Virus record (IMG/VR): IMGVR_UViG_2740892235_000005
Reading direction: 5' to 3' (one strand)
DNA: 22,032 nucleotides
Origin: a virus
Taxonomy: Duplodnaviria; Heunggongvirae; Uroviricota; Caudoviricetes
Shown: positions 1-8,233 of the stretch, in pieces
Layout of the letters: the number at the start of each line of letters is the position of its first letter
Numbering within the stretch: the first letter of the stretch is position 1
The notes under the pieces: model-generated
The model's input: only the letters and a program-made list of their open reading frames with translations
Told to the model about the DNA's origin: nothing
The model's database searches: none
Made by a program: the position numbers and the translations under genes

Positions 1-89
1 ACCGTCAGGTCGATTTCCCAGAGCACCACCCGCGGTGACTGCTCTGACTTAACCGACTCGTTCAGGCTTGCTTCGTGAATATCCTGCAT
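1..89 (-). CDS. L: minor tail protein L (lambda gpL-like), 5' fragment; gene continues past window start
   Basis: Minus-strand translation from ATG at 89..87 gives MQDIHEASLNESVKSEQSPRVVLWEIDLT, matching the recalled lambda gpL N-terminus (MQDIRQETLNE...VVLWEIDLT). An alternative upstream ATG lies at 101..99. Confidence 0.6.
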   Translation of the reverse strand, partial: MQDIHEASLNESVKSEQSPRVVLWEIDLT

Positions 90-101
90 ATATCCGCCCA
101 T

Positions 102-125
102 AAAAAAGGGGCGCAACCGCGCCCC
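102..125 (-). terminator. GC hairpin plus U-tract directly upstream of gpL start (terminator-like)
   Basis: On the minus strand GGGGCGC-GGTT-GCGCCCC is followed by TTTTTT, then the gpL ATG. Confidence 0.5.
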
Positions 126-299
126 GAACAATAAAAGTCCAATTTAAAATAAAACCAATAAAGGTAATAACAGAAAGTTAAATCAACACATGCCAGATGG
201 CAATTGCTGATCGCAGTGACCAATGAAAACTGTGTTTTCATTGATACAGGCCGCCAGTAAGGGCTGACGGCCCGTATTTATTATACTTATCAGCAATAA

Positions 300-1463
300 T
301 CAGAACTGATAAGTCATACCCACAGCAACGATATTATCTGTCGCAACACCGGCTTTCCGGGTAAATTCACTTTCCTCAATCAGGTTAATTTTATAATCAA
401 CATGGGTGGACATATTCTTGTTAAAGTAATAAGTCGCACCGACATCAATATATTTAACCAGATCCTGATCGCCATGGTTCACGCCACCAACCATAACATC
501 CTGTCCTCGGGACTGAAGGTAGGCCAGAGACGGACGCAGACCAAAATCAAACTGATACTGAACAACGGCTTCGATATTCTGAGCTTTATCCGCAACACCT
601 TGATCACCAAAGGTCGTCATATTCTGGGTTTCTGAATACACTGCTGCCAGATACAGGTTATTGGCATCATATTTAAGACCAGTTCCCCAGAATTCAGCAT
701 GTTTACCTTTTGCAACGCTGCCGGAATCAACGACCACTTCTTTTTCAGTCACATCCCCAGTTAAAGGATCTTTGATTTCAATAGTTTTGCTACCATTCAG
801 TCCCTGAACCTGCTTATTGGTACGATCTGACTTGGTATACGCAGCCACAAAACCAAAACCATCAAACTCATAGCTGGCTGAGAAACCATACCCATCACCA
901 TTGGCCTTCTGGAGGTCATCGCGCTCATTTTTGCCCTGATACTGCGCCGCAAAATTCAGACCATCAACCAGCCCAAAGAAATCTGTATTACGGTAAGTCA
1001 GAACTCCGGAAGTTCGAGCAGTCATAAAGTTATCGGTCTGAGTCCAGCCATCACCACCAAACTCTGGCAGTACGTCAGTATATGATCCGACATCGTAAGC
1101 AATACCGTAGTTACGTCCGTAATCAATGCTACCAACATCAGCAAATCTCAGACCTGCAAATGCCAGACGGGTTTTATTTCCCGCGGAACCTTCAGATTCC
1201 GTTTTGTTACCAGAGAACTGGTATTCCCACTGACCAAATCCGGTCAGTTGATCATTAATCTGCGTTTCGCCTTTAAAGCCGAGACGAGCATAAGTCTGAT
1301 CTCCGTCATTACCTTTATCATCCGAGAAGTAATGCAGAGCGGTTGCACGCCCGTAAAGATCCAGTTTATTACCATCTTTATTATAAACTTCTGCTGCCTG
1401 CGCCCCCGCAGCAAACATCACTGCAACTGCTACAGCAGAAAGTGCCACTGTCATTTTTTTCAT
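300..1463 (-). CDS. outer-membrane general porin, OmpC/NmpC/Lc family (prophage-borne)
   Basis: 387-aa ORF with signal peptide [23 protein letters not shown], mature N-terminus [15 protein letters not shown], and the porin C-terminal YQF; close to recalled E. coli OmpC/NmpC. Flanks are AT-rich. Confidence 0.9.
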   Translation of the reverse strand: MKKMTVALSAVAVAVMFAAGAQAAEVYNKDGNKLDLYGRATALHYFSDDKGNDGDQTYARLGFKGETQINDQLTGFGQWEYQFSGNKTESEGSAGNKTRLAFAGLRFADVGSIDYGRNYGIAYDVGSYTDVLPEFGGDGWTQTDNFMTARTSGVLTYRNTDFFGLVDGLNFAAQYQGKNERDDLQKANGDGYGFSASYEFDGFGFVAAYTKSDRTNKQVQGLNGSKTIEIKDPLTGDVTEKEVVVDSGSVAKGKHAEFWGTGLKYDANNLYLAAVYSETQNMTTFGDQGVADKAQNIEAVVQYQFDFGLRPSLAYLQSRGQDVMVGGVNHGDQDLVKYIDVGATYYFNKNMSTHVDYKINLIEESEFTRKAGVATDNIVAVGMTYQF

Positions 1464-1661
1464 GATTTAATCCTTATTTAAACTGAACTATTCATGCATT
1501 CAGATGTCATGAACAAAAATTAAAATATTTTAATACAAATTCTTAGTTCAATTTATATTACGTAACAAAATGTAAATGCAAGATCGATTTCGCACTTTCT
1601 GACAAGACAGATTAAAAATAATTAACAACTAAACACTAAAGAATGATTTATAGGATAATTC
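1464..1661 (-). promoter_or_regulatory. AT-rich upstream region of the porin gene; probable own promoter
   Basis: About 200 bp of AT-rich sequence between gpM stop and porin start, unlike the GC-rich flanking tail genes; sigma70-like hexamers (TTGCAT ... TAATAT) on the minus strand. No experimental support. Confidence 0.35.
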
Positions 1662-2003
1662 TCATCTAACTACCTGCTCTATCGTGCAACTGAAATCACT
1701 GTACCGGGCGTTATCCGTAATACTCCACTCCCGGCACACCACCCTGACCGTCCGGTTATGTTTCGGGGGCTTCCACAAAAAAGCCCGGTAACCGCCATGC
1801 CATGACAGAAACGCGGACAGTGCCTCCCGCTCAGCATCCGTTGTCACCCGAAAAACCACCTGAAAGGTCTTCAGTTGCGCATTCAGTCCTGCCGGACGAC
1901 GCTGCTGATAACCGTCGCCAAACTTCACTGTCACCACCGACGGTTTCTCCGTCACCTGCATCCCTTCCCGGGGACACCAGTGAAGGGTCTTAATCTCATC
2001 CAC
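1662..2003 (-). CDS. M: minor tail protein M (lambda gpM-like)
   Basis: 113-aa ORF; VKFGDGYQQRRPAGLNAQLKTFQV and FLWKPP resemble recalled lambda gpM. Sits directly downstream of the tape measure gene with an 8-nt overlap. Confidence 0.8.
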   Translation of the reverse strand: MDEIKTLHWCPREGMQVTEKPSVVTVKFGDGYQQRRPAGLNAQLKTFQVVFRVTTDAEREALSAFLSWHGGYRAFLWKPPKHNRTVRVVCREWSITDNARYSDFSCTIEQVVR

Positions 2004-5000
2004 TCAGCATTCCTCCGTCACGACGCATGGATAACATCACCGCCTGTACCCTCTGGTCTATCAGTTGCACAAGGGTGCCCGCCGCTTCCGGCCCTATCTG
2101 CCCGTTAGCGCCGTCATTCTGAATGGCGATGTGGTACACCGGGGAATACACCAGACCCGCACTGCCGTTCATGCGGCCCACCGCACGCACGCCGAGTGAA
2201 CCATCCGCTGCCCGGGTCAGGGGCATGATGGCTTCAGGTCCGGCCTCCCCCATCAGCCCTGCCCCTTTTGCAAAGGCAAAGTACGTGGGCGTGTCCACAA
2301 TACTGTTACTGTATGCACTCAGGTTTGCCGAGGTATAAACGCCGCCTTTTGCATTTGCCACCGCGCCACCCAGCCAGTTGCCTATACTGCCGAAAAATCC
2401 TCCTGCACCGGACATACTGTTTGCCGCCATCTTAATGCCGTTGACAATGGCCGCATTCATAAGAACTTTTGATATTTCCTGCAGGATTGATGCAGCCCAG
2501 CTGCGCCATTCCACTTTATTTCCGTTCAGCATCTCCGTGATGTTATTCACCATCCCTGAGATACCGTCTGTCGCAAGCTGTGCTGCCTGTGAAGCGTAAT
2601 CTGATGCGCTGTCCACCCAGTTACTTAGCCCTTCCTGCAGCCCTTTCTGCCAGTCAGCACGCTGCGCATCCGATTCGGCATAAAAAGCCTCCTGGTCTTT
2701 CAGTCGTTCACTCAGATACTGCGCATTCTGCGCCAGCGCCTGTCTGTAAAAATCCTCACTGATATCCCCTGTCTGATACTGAGACTGCAGGTCCGCATCC
2801 TTCTGGCGGTAGCCGTCACGAATCTGCTGCAGCTCCCGCATCCGTTCACGGACCCGCTCACCCTGCCCGTACCCCAGCAGCTCAGCGTCATTTGATGCCC
2901 TTTCGTCTGCATTATCATTTTTCAGAGCCTCCTCCCGGGCCCGTAACTGCTCCCGGATTTTCTTCTGGTCAATCAGGGCAGCATTGCGCAGCAGCTCCTG
3001 CTTCTGTATCTCCGTCAGGGTTTTCAGCTCGCCCTGCGAGGTCTGGTATTTCAGTTTTGCCAGTTCTGTATTCTTCCCGGCCAGTGCCAGTTGTTCCTTC
3101 TGCTGCTTCAGCAGACGGGAAAAACTGTCTTCCGCTTTTTCCGCCCCTGATTTTCCGGCCCGGGATTTGGGTTTATTCGCCTCATTATTGCGCCAGGCTT
3201 CCATCGAATTACGGATGTAACGCTGCCTCGCCTCCTGATACGTATCCCCCACCAGACCAAGGTCATCCGCCGCATACCCCAGCCGGGCACGCTCTTTTTC
3301 TTCCCCTTTCAGCCGGGACAGGGCAAGTTGACGCTCTGTGTTATTCAGGGCGCCCTGCTGTTTATCATCCAGAGTGGCCTGTGGCAGTCGCAGCGGTACA
3401 CTCGCCAGTCCCTGACGCTGTTGCAGCAGTTCATTACCCAGCCCCAGCAGGCGGTTGAATTCCGTATGCTGACCGTTCATGATCAGCAGTGACTGATACG
3501 CTTTATTCTGCTCTGCCGCCTGCTGACGAATTAACACAACACGGCGCTCTTCCAGTCCGGCAAGCACATCCTGAATGGACTGCGCTTTTTCCTGCATCTG
3601 TGCCAGACGGGACTGCTCAACAGCAAACTGCTCTGTTGCCTGAGCAAGCTCTTCCGTTACAGTTTTCACCGATGTCAGATGGTTTATCATGAAGCCGTTA
3701 CCGGTCGTCCAGCCCGGATTAGCCAGCACATACTGATACCCGGCGATTTTTTCCTGCAGGGATTTCACCCGGCTGGCCTGCTCATCAATCAGCCGGTTCT
3801 GCTCTGTCAGCGCCTCCCGTGTTCGCCCTTCATTATCTGAGGCTTCAGGCAGAGACATTGATGGCGTTTTATGCGCGATTTCATCAATCGTCAGTGCATA
3901 CTGGTGCGCAGACTCCCTGGCCTGTTCCTGATTCTGGTACAGCGTGTACCATGCGGCAGCTCCCAGCATCACCAGTCCGGGTACGCCTCCAATCAGTCCC
4001 AGCGCACCGCTCATCAGACGTGAGCCCACCGCCGTTGTACTGTTCAGCGCATTCTGGGCGGCGGTTCTGGCAGCAATATTTCTGTTCAGGCGTTCCTGTG
4101 TGACCGCCAGACGGGCCTCTGCGGCAATCTGCATCTCAGTCCCGCGGGCTGCCGCCACAGCCTGCTGAGCCCGGTACACGGCTGCCCTTGCCCGCGCAGT
4201 GGCAATCTGCGTTCCCCTTAACTGGGCCTCAGCCAGTGCCACTTCATTACGTGCAGCGGTCACAAGTCCTGCCGTGGCAGACATCGCTCCGGAAGCCAGA
4301 TTACCAAAGTACCGGGCCACCCCGACAGCAACCAGCACACCCGCAGCTGTTGCCACGGTATCAATATTTCCGGCCACACCGTTCAGCGCGCCGGAGAGCG
4401 TTTTCGTCGCTCCGCTGGCCTCATTCGCGCCGCCCACCCAGGCCATAAAGGCGTTTTCCACCTTCGTGATACTACCGGAAACCGTTTCCGGCATGGCTGC
4501 ATATTCATCACGCAATATCCCCAGCTGGCTGATTAACGCGGGAACGACTTTATCCGCCGTCAGTTGACCATCGTCCGCCATCGCCTTCAGATCCTTACGG
4601 GCCACGCCCATGCCTGCAGCCAGTGCGCGAATGATCCGGTCCCCACTTTCATTGACCGAATTAAATTCCTCGCCGCGCAACACCCCCTGTGCCAGCGCCT
4701 GGCTGAACTGGGTGATCACCGAACCCGCCTCTGCCGCACTGGCACCGGAAATTTTCAGCCCTGTCGAAATGGCCTCCGTCACCTTCAGCACATCATCAGC
4801 ACTGTAACCATATTCACGCATTGAGGCGGCAGAGCGGGCAAACAGGGCCGCATTATCCGAAAATGCGGTGCCTGTCCGCTGGCTGATATCCATCAGCACT
4901 TTCTGTGATGACGCAAATTCATCCGATGACTGCGACGCCTGTTTCAGACGGGCATTCACGGAACCCCATTCATCCGCCAGCGAAATCAGGTGTCCGGTGG

Positions 5001-5238
5001 CAAAGACACCGGCAAACGCACCGGTCATTCCGACAGCTGAAGCGCGGATTTCCGTCAACTGGCTGTTCAGCTCAGCCAGAGCCCGGCGCTGCTCCCTGGC
5101 TGCCGCAGCAGCCTGACGTCCGCCATTCTGCAGGGTCCGGTAATATTCACTGCCCATACGGGACGCCCGCTGGATCTCCGACTGGAATGACTGTGAATTT
5201 GCCGAAATTTTTATAATCAGTTCACGTAACGTCGCCAT
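1996..5238 (-). CDS. H: tail tape measure protein (gpH-like)
   Basis: 1080-aa Ala/Gln-rich ORF, coiled-coil-like, directly downstream of the G/T chaperone pair. RBS GGAGAAAGG precedes the ATG. Confidence 0.9.
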   Translation of the reverse strand: MATLRELIIKISANSQSFQSEIQRASRMGSEYYRTLQNGGRQAAAAAREQRRALAELNSQLTEIRASAVGMTGAFAGVFATGHLISLADEWGSVNARLKQASQSSDEFASSQKVLMDISQRTGTAFSDNAALFARSAASMREYGYSADDVLKVTEAISTGLKISGASAAEAGSVITQFSQALAQGVLRGEEFNSVNESGDRIIRALAAGMGVARKDLKAMADDGQLTADKVVPALISQLGILRDEYAAMPETVSGSITKVENAFMAWVGGANEASGATKTLSGALNGVAGNIDTVATAAGVLVAVGVARYFGNLASGAMSATAGLVTAARNEVALAEAQLRGTQIATARARAAVYRAQQAVAAARGTEMQIAAEARLAVTQERLNRNIAARTAAQNALNSTTAVGSRLMSGALGLIGGVPGLVMLGAAAWYTLYQNQEQARESAHQYALTIDEIAHKTPSMSLPEASDNEGRTREALTEQNRLIDEQASRVKSLQEKIAGYQYVLANPGWTTGNGFMINHLTSVKTVTEELAQATEQFAVEQSRLAQMQEKAQSIQDVLAGLEERRVVLIRQQAAEQNKAYQSLLIMNGQHTEFNRLLGLGNELLQQRQGLASVPLRLPQATLDDKQQGALNNTERQLALSRLKGEEKERARLGYAADDLGLVGDTYQEARQRYIRNSMEAWRNNEANKPKSRAGKSGAEKAEDSFSRLLKQQKEQLALAGKNTELAKLKYQTSQGELKTLTEIQKQELLRNAALIDQKKIREQLRAREEALKNDNADERASNDAELLGYGQGERVRERMRELQQIRDGYRQKDADLQSQYQTGDISEDFYRQALAQNAQYLSERLKDQEAFYAESDAQRADWQKGLQEGLSNWVDSASDYASQAAQLATDGISGMVNNITEMLNGNKVEWRSWAASILQEISKVLMNAAIVNGIKMAANSMSGAGGFFGSIGNWLGGAVANAKGGVYTSANLSAYSNSIVDTPTYFAFAKGAGLMGEAGPEAIMPLTRAADGSLGVRAVGRMNGSAGLVYSPVYHIAIQNDGANGQIGPEAAGTLVQLIDQRVQAVMLSMRRDGGMLSG

Positions 5239-5256
5239 TCACCTTTCTCCGGGCGT

Positions 5257-5276
5257 AAAAAAACCGCCTCAGCGGT
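5257..5276 (-). terminator. intercistronic hairpin plus U-tract between T and tape measure genes
   Basis: Minus strand: ACCGC-TGAG-GCGGT followed by TTTTTTT, then RBS and tape measure ATG. Confidence 0.45.
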
Positions 5277-5285
5277 TCTCATCAT

Positions 5286-5599
5286 TCATGACTGTGCTGC
5301 AAAGCTCAGCGCGTCTTCCAGCGCCGCAAACGGATCCACCTCCGGCTTATCCTCATCCTCGCCCCAGCAGAGCATGGCGTCCTTCAGTGCAACATTCATC
5401 CCCTGTGCCCCGAAAACCGCTTTCACGATCTGTGCATTACGGATATCCCCGCGCTCATCACCCAGCGGGGATATCCTGTCGAACTCCATCCACATCATCG
5501 CCTCGCTCGCACTCAGGCTGTGCCGCAGTTCGGATAAGGTGCGCCCCAGACGGAGCGCAAGTCGCATCAGAAAGCGAATTTCCGGGCGGGCTACTTTTT
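5286..5599 (-). CDS. T: tail assembly protein T segment, expressed only as a G-T fusion via -1 frameshift
   Basis: ORF in the -1 frame relative to G, open from the slippery site; no independent RBS. Position between G and tape measure matches the lambda G/GT arrangement. Confidence 0.75.
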
Positions 5600-5965
5600 T
5601 CTGGCCGACTCTGCATCAGCGATCAGTTCCAGTGCCTGACGCAGCAAGCGGGCATGTACCGGACCATAGACGGCCAGCACCTGCTCACGGTCGTCCGGAG
5701 TGAACACCCGTTGCAGGTCTGTATCACACAGGACATCGCAGAACAGCGTCACATCCGCTTCCAGGTTACGGCGGGTTTTCGCTACCACCGACAGGGTATC
5801 GTCATCCTCTCCATCACCATTGAGCACTTCCTGCCACAGATACCAGGCCTCTGCCGAAGGCTCCCGCAGCACCACGCTGACATTACCCCATTCCGGCACC
5901 TTCACCGTTTTATGACGAAACCCTGACAGTCTGGCCAGCGCCAGCGTTTTCAGATCCTTTTTCAT
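5591..5965 (-). CDS. G: tail assembly chaperone G
   Basis: ORF with start MKKDLKTL preceded by a G-rich RBS; ends ...ESARKK at the slippery site; lies between the major tail and tape measure genes. Confidence 0.75.
   Translation of the reverse strand: MKKDLKTLALARLSGFRHKTVKVPEWGNVSVVLREPSAEAWYLWQEVLNGDGEDDDTLSVVAKTRRNLEADVTLFCDVLCDTDLQRVFTPDDREQVLAVYGPVHARLLRQALELIADAESARKK
5594..5600 (-). other. programmed -1 ribosomal frameshift slippery heptamer A AAA AAG at end of G
   Basis: Minus-strand mRNA reads ...GCC AGA AAA AAG TAG; a -1 slip on A_AAA_AAG enters the T frame (KKVARPEIRFLMRLALRLG...). Confidence 0.75.
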
Positions 5966-5979
5966 GATGCCCCATCCCC

Positions 5980-6696
5980 TTATCCGGCGGATGCGCTCAC
6001 TGTCACGGTGCATTCAACAGACGTCACACTCTGTGCTTTCTCTGCCGAATCGGTCACCACGCAGGTATATTTCCCCGCATCAGCGGACTGCGCACCTGGC
6101 TTACTGAAGGTGTCTGTCGTCTGCCCGTCAACCGGCTGACCATCCTTCTTCCAGGCGTATTTATACGGCGGCGTTCCCCCGTTGGCACTGACTGACATTG
6201 TCAGCAGCGCACCGGTATTCACGGTAAGTGTCTTATCCAGATTTTTCACAAACGCCAGCGGTACCACAAAGGACACCGGTTTGCCTTTCAGACGCAGTGA
6301 GAACGTTGCAGCCACCACGCCGTTGGTACCGGATGACCAGGTGTGCTGACGCACTTCCGCCAGGAATTTAAAGCCCTTACCGGACGGAAACTGCACCTTA
6401 AACGCATACAACGCGTCATTGTCATAAGCATCACGCAGGGCGTTCTGGGCCTGATTCAGATAAAAATTACCCGACATGGAAATCTCGGACGACGCCCCCA
6501 GACCGTTGATGTTCTCCTGCTCTGTGGAGCAGAGCGTGGTCACATCAATATCCTGTTTCTGACCGGCGGTGAACTGGACTTCCTTGATGGTGCAGTCCAG
6601 GCGCAGATATTCCGCCTTATCCATAGTTTCAGCAGTCGCCGGGGCAGATGAAATCATCACCTGCGTCAGCTGTGAGCGTTCATACAAAGCAGACAT
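5980..6696 (-). CDS. V: major tail protein V with C-terminal Ig-like domain
   Basis: 238-aa ORF; C-terminal region (TPPYKYAWKKDGQPV...GKYTCVVTD...) is Ig-like as in lambda gpV. Strong RBS AGGAGG. Confidence 0.85.
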   Translation of the reverse strand: MSALYERSQLTQVMISSAPATAETMDKAEYLRLDCTIKEVQFTAGQKQDIDVTTLCSTEQENINGLGASSEISMSGNFYLNQAQNALRDAYDNDALYAFKVQFPSGKGFKFLAEVRQHTWSSGTNGVVAATFSLRLKGKPVSFVVPLAFVKNLDKTLTVNTGALLTMSVSANGGTPPYKYAWKKDGQPVDGQTTDTFSKPGAQSADAGKYTCVVTDSAEKAQSVTSVECTVTVSASAG

Positions 6697-6712
6697 TCTG
6701 CCTCCTGATAAT

Positions 6713-6734
6713 AAAAAACCCGCACGCGGCGGGG
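6713..6734 (-). terminator. intercistronic hairpin plus U-tract upstream of the major tail gene
   Basis: Minus strand: CCCGC-CGCGT-GCGGG followed by TTTTTT, then AGGAGG and the V ATG. Confidence 0.45.
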
Positions 6735-6762
6735 TATGGGTTTTGTGGGAAAAAAGAAAAAG

Positions 6763-7107
6763 TCACACCGTGACCTGAAACTCCAGGGTTGCACGGTAAC
6801 AGCGGTTTTCCGGAATATAGTCCTGCATTTCACTGACGGCTCCCGGGGCCAGCAGCATTATGGCTTCACGGGCGTCCTGACGTATCTGACGCGCCTGCGT
6901 CACAGTCCCGGCATAAACGTCTATCTGCACCGACACTGAGGACTCCGCCTGCCCGCCCATCACGTCCGCAGACACCGATGAAATCAGGCTGAAAACCACC
7001 CACGGAAGCGCCACCGACGGCCTGCCATCCAGCAGGGGGACCACATACGGGTACACCTGCCCGCCGGCAAGATGCGCCAGATGAGGATACAAATCCGCCT
7101 CCGTCAT
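6763..7107 (-). CDS. tail terminator / tail completion protein (gpU-like position)
   Basis: 114-aa ORF immediately upstream of V, 4-nt overlap with the preceding gene; assignment by synteny rather than a recognised motif. Confidence 0.45.
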   Translation of the reverse strand: MTEADLYPHLAHLAGGQVYPYVVPLLDGRPSVALPWVVFSLISSVSADVMGGQAESSVSVQIDVYAGTVTQARQIRQDAREAIMLLAPGAVSEMQDYIPENRCYRATLEFQVTV

Positions 7108-7550
7108 CGTCTCAGTACCTCATCAATGGCCCGGTTCATCCGCGCAATCGCCACCTGCGCTGCCTGTTCACTGCGCACATCAAACGCCGGGCGCACAAAC
7201 GGGTGCGGTGGCATATTCACGGTCCCCATTTCCACAAACCGCCAGTAGAAAGCATTCCGCGGGTTATCCGCCTTCATGGTGTTATCGCTGTTACCGGTGT
7301 CCGGATTAACACCACGGATATGGACACCGGATTCCATCCCGCCATCGCGGGAGCGCCGGGAAAGGACCACCACATTGCGGCGCAGTTTTCCCCTGCGCAC
7401 CGGTGCCCGTGACACCACTTCTTCTTTCAGCACATTCGCACCCGCACGGGTTGCCTCACGCAGCACCCGGTTATTTTCCGCACCACTCAGAAGCTGCAAA
7501 TCGCGGCGGATGTCCTCCAGCCCCGAAAAATCCAGCAGGGTTTCGATCAT
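7104..7550 (-). CDS. HK97 gp10-family tail-component protein
   Basis: 148-aa ORF in the connector cluster, translationally coupled on both sides; family call from general resemblance and position. Confidence 0.5.
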   Translation of the reverse strand: MIETLLDFSGLEDIRRDLQLLSGAENNRVLREATRAGANVLKEEVVSRAPVRRGKLRRNVVVLSRRSRDGGMESGVHIRGVNPDTGNSDNTMKADNPRNAFYWRFVEMGTVNMPPHPFVRPAFDVRSEQAAQVAIARMNRAIDEVLRR

Positions 7551-7897
7551 TTTTCCCCTCCCAGCCGACAGAGAATTTCCAGACGCCCGCCGGTCGCATC
7601 CGGCACGGGCAGCCCGACAACGTTCAGGATCCGGTCACGCCATGGACCACTCAGCACATGAAGTCGTGACGCTGCCGTGATTTCCCGACCGGACTGACCG
7701 CGCACCCAGATGCGGATTTCCGCCTGCGCCATTTCCGCACCGGACTGCATCCGCTCCCGGCTGCTCCTGCCACGGATATCCGCATGAATTTTCCCGCATG
7801 ACACCCATTCTTCCGTCATTTCTCCGGCAGCATTACGGGTTAACACCGGGTTCAGAACACTTATCATCTGTGTCAGACGACCTGCATATATTGCCAT
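7547..7897 (-). CDS. head-tail adaptor / head closure protein
   Basis: 116-aa ORF; C-terminal ...RLEILCRLGGEK and overall pattern resemble head-closure (Phage_H_T_join-like) proteins. Confidence 0.6.
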   Translation of the reverse strand: MAIYAGRLTQMISVLNPVLTRNAAGEMTEEWVSCGKIHADIRGRSSRERMQSGAEMAQAEIRIWVRGQSGREITAASRLHVLSGPWRDRILNVVGLPVPDATGGRLEILCRLGGEK

Positions 7898-7906
7898 TCC
7901 CCCTCC

Positions 7907-8233
7907 TCATAACACCGTCGGACACCGCAAATCGTAAATCAGCACGGAAACAGAAAACGGCAGCTCCCCCTGAAGCAGTTCTTCCCGCTCCGCAAGATCC
8001 GGATTCCGGTACAGCATCCCGGTCAGCCGCATGGCAGCCCCCTTCATCCGGGTTAATGCCTCGCCCGGGATCAGTTCACCGTCCTCACGAATCACTTTAT
8101 CCCGGCTGCCCTGAATGTAGGCCAGCAGCACGGCGGTAGCCTGACGAACCTTGTCCATCAGCATGTCATCATCCGCGTCATGGTCGACACGCAGATGTGC
8201 CTTGATCTCTTCCAGTGTCAGTAATGCCGTCAT
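7907..8233 (-). CDS. gp6-like head-tail connector protein
   Basis: 108-aa ORF starting MTALLTLEEIKAHLRVDHDADDDML, typical of gp6-like connector proteins; immediately downstream of portal. Confidence 0.65.
   Translation of the reverse strand: MTALLTLEEIKAHLRVDHDADDDMLMDKVRQATAVLLAYIQGSRDKVIREDGELIPGEALTRMKGAAMRLTGMLYRNPDLAEREELLQGELPFSVSVLIYDLRCPTVL

Noticed and set aside
2892-3458. 188-aa and other plus-strand ORFs across the tape measure gene (2123..5216)
   Set aside because: All antisense to the tape measure gene; Pro/Ala/Ser-rich spurious frames without RBS.
5288-5926. 212-aa plus-strand ORF overlapping G and T
   Set aside because: Antisense to the G/T pair, whose frameshift architecture is strongly supported.
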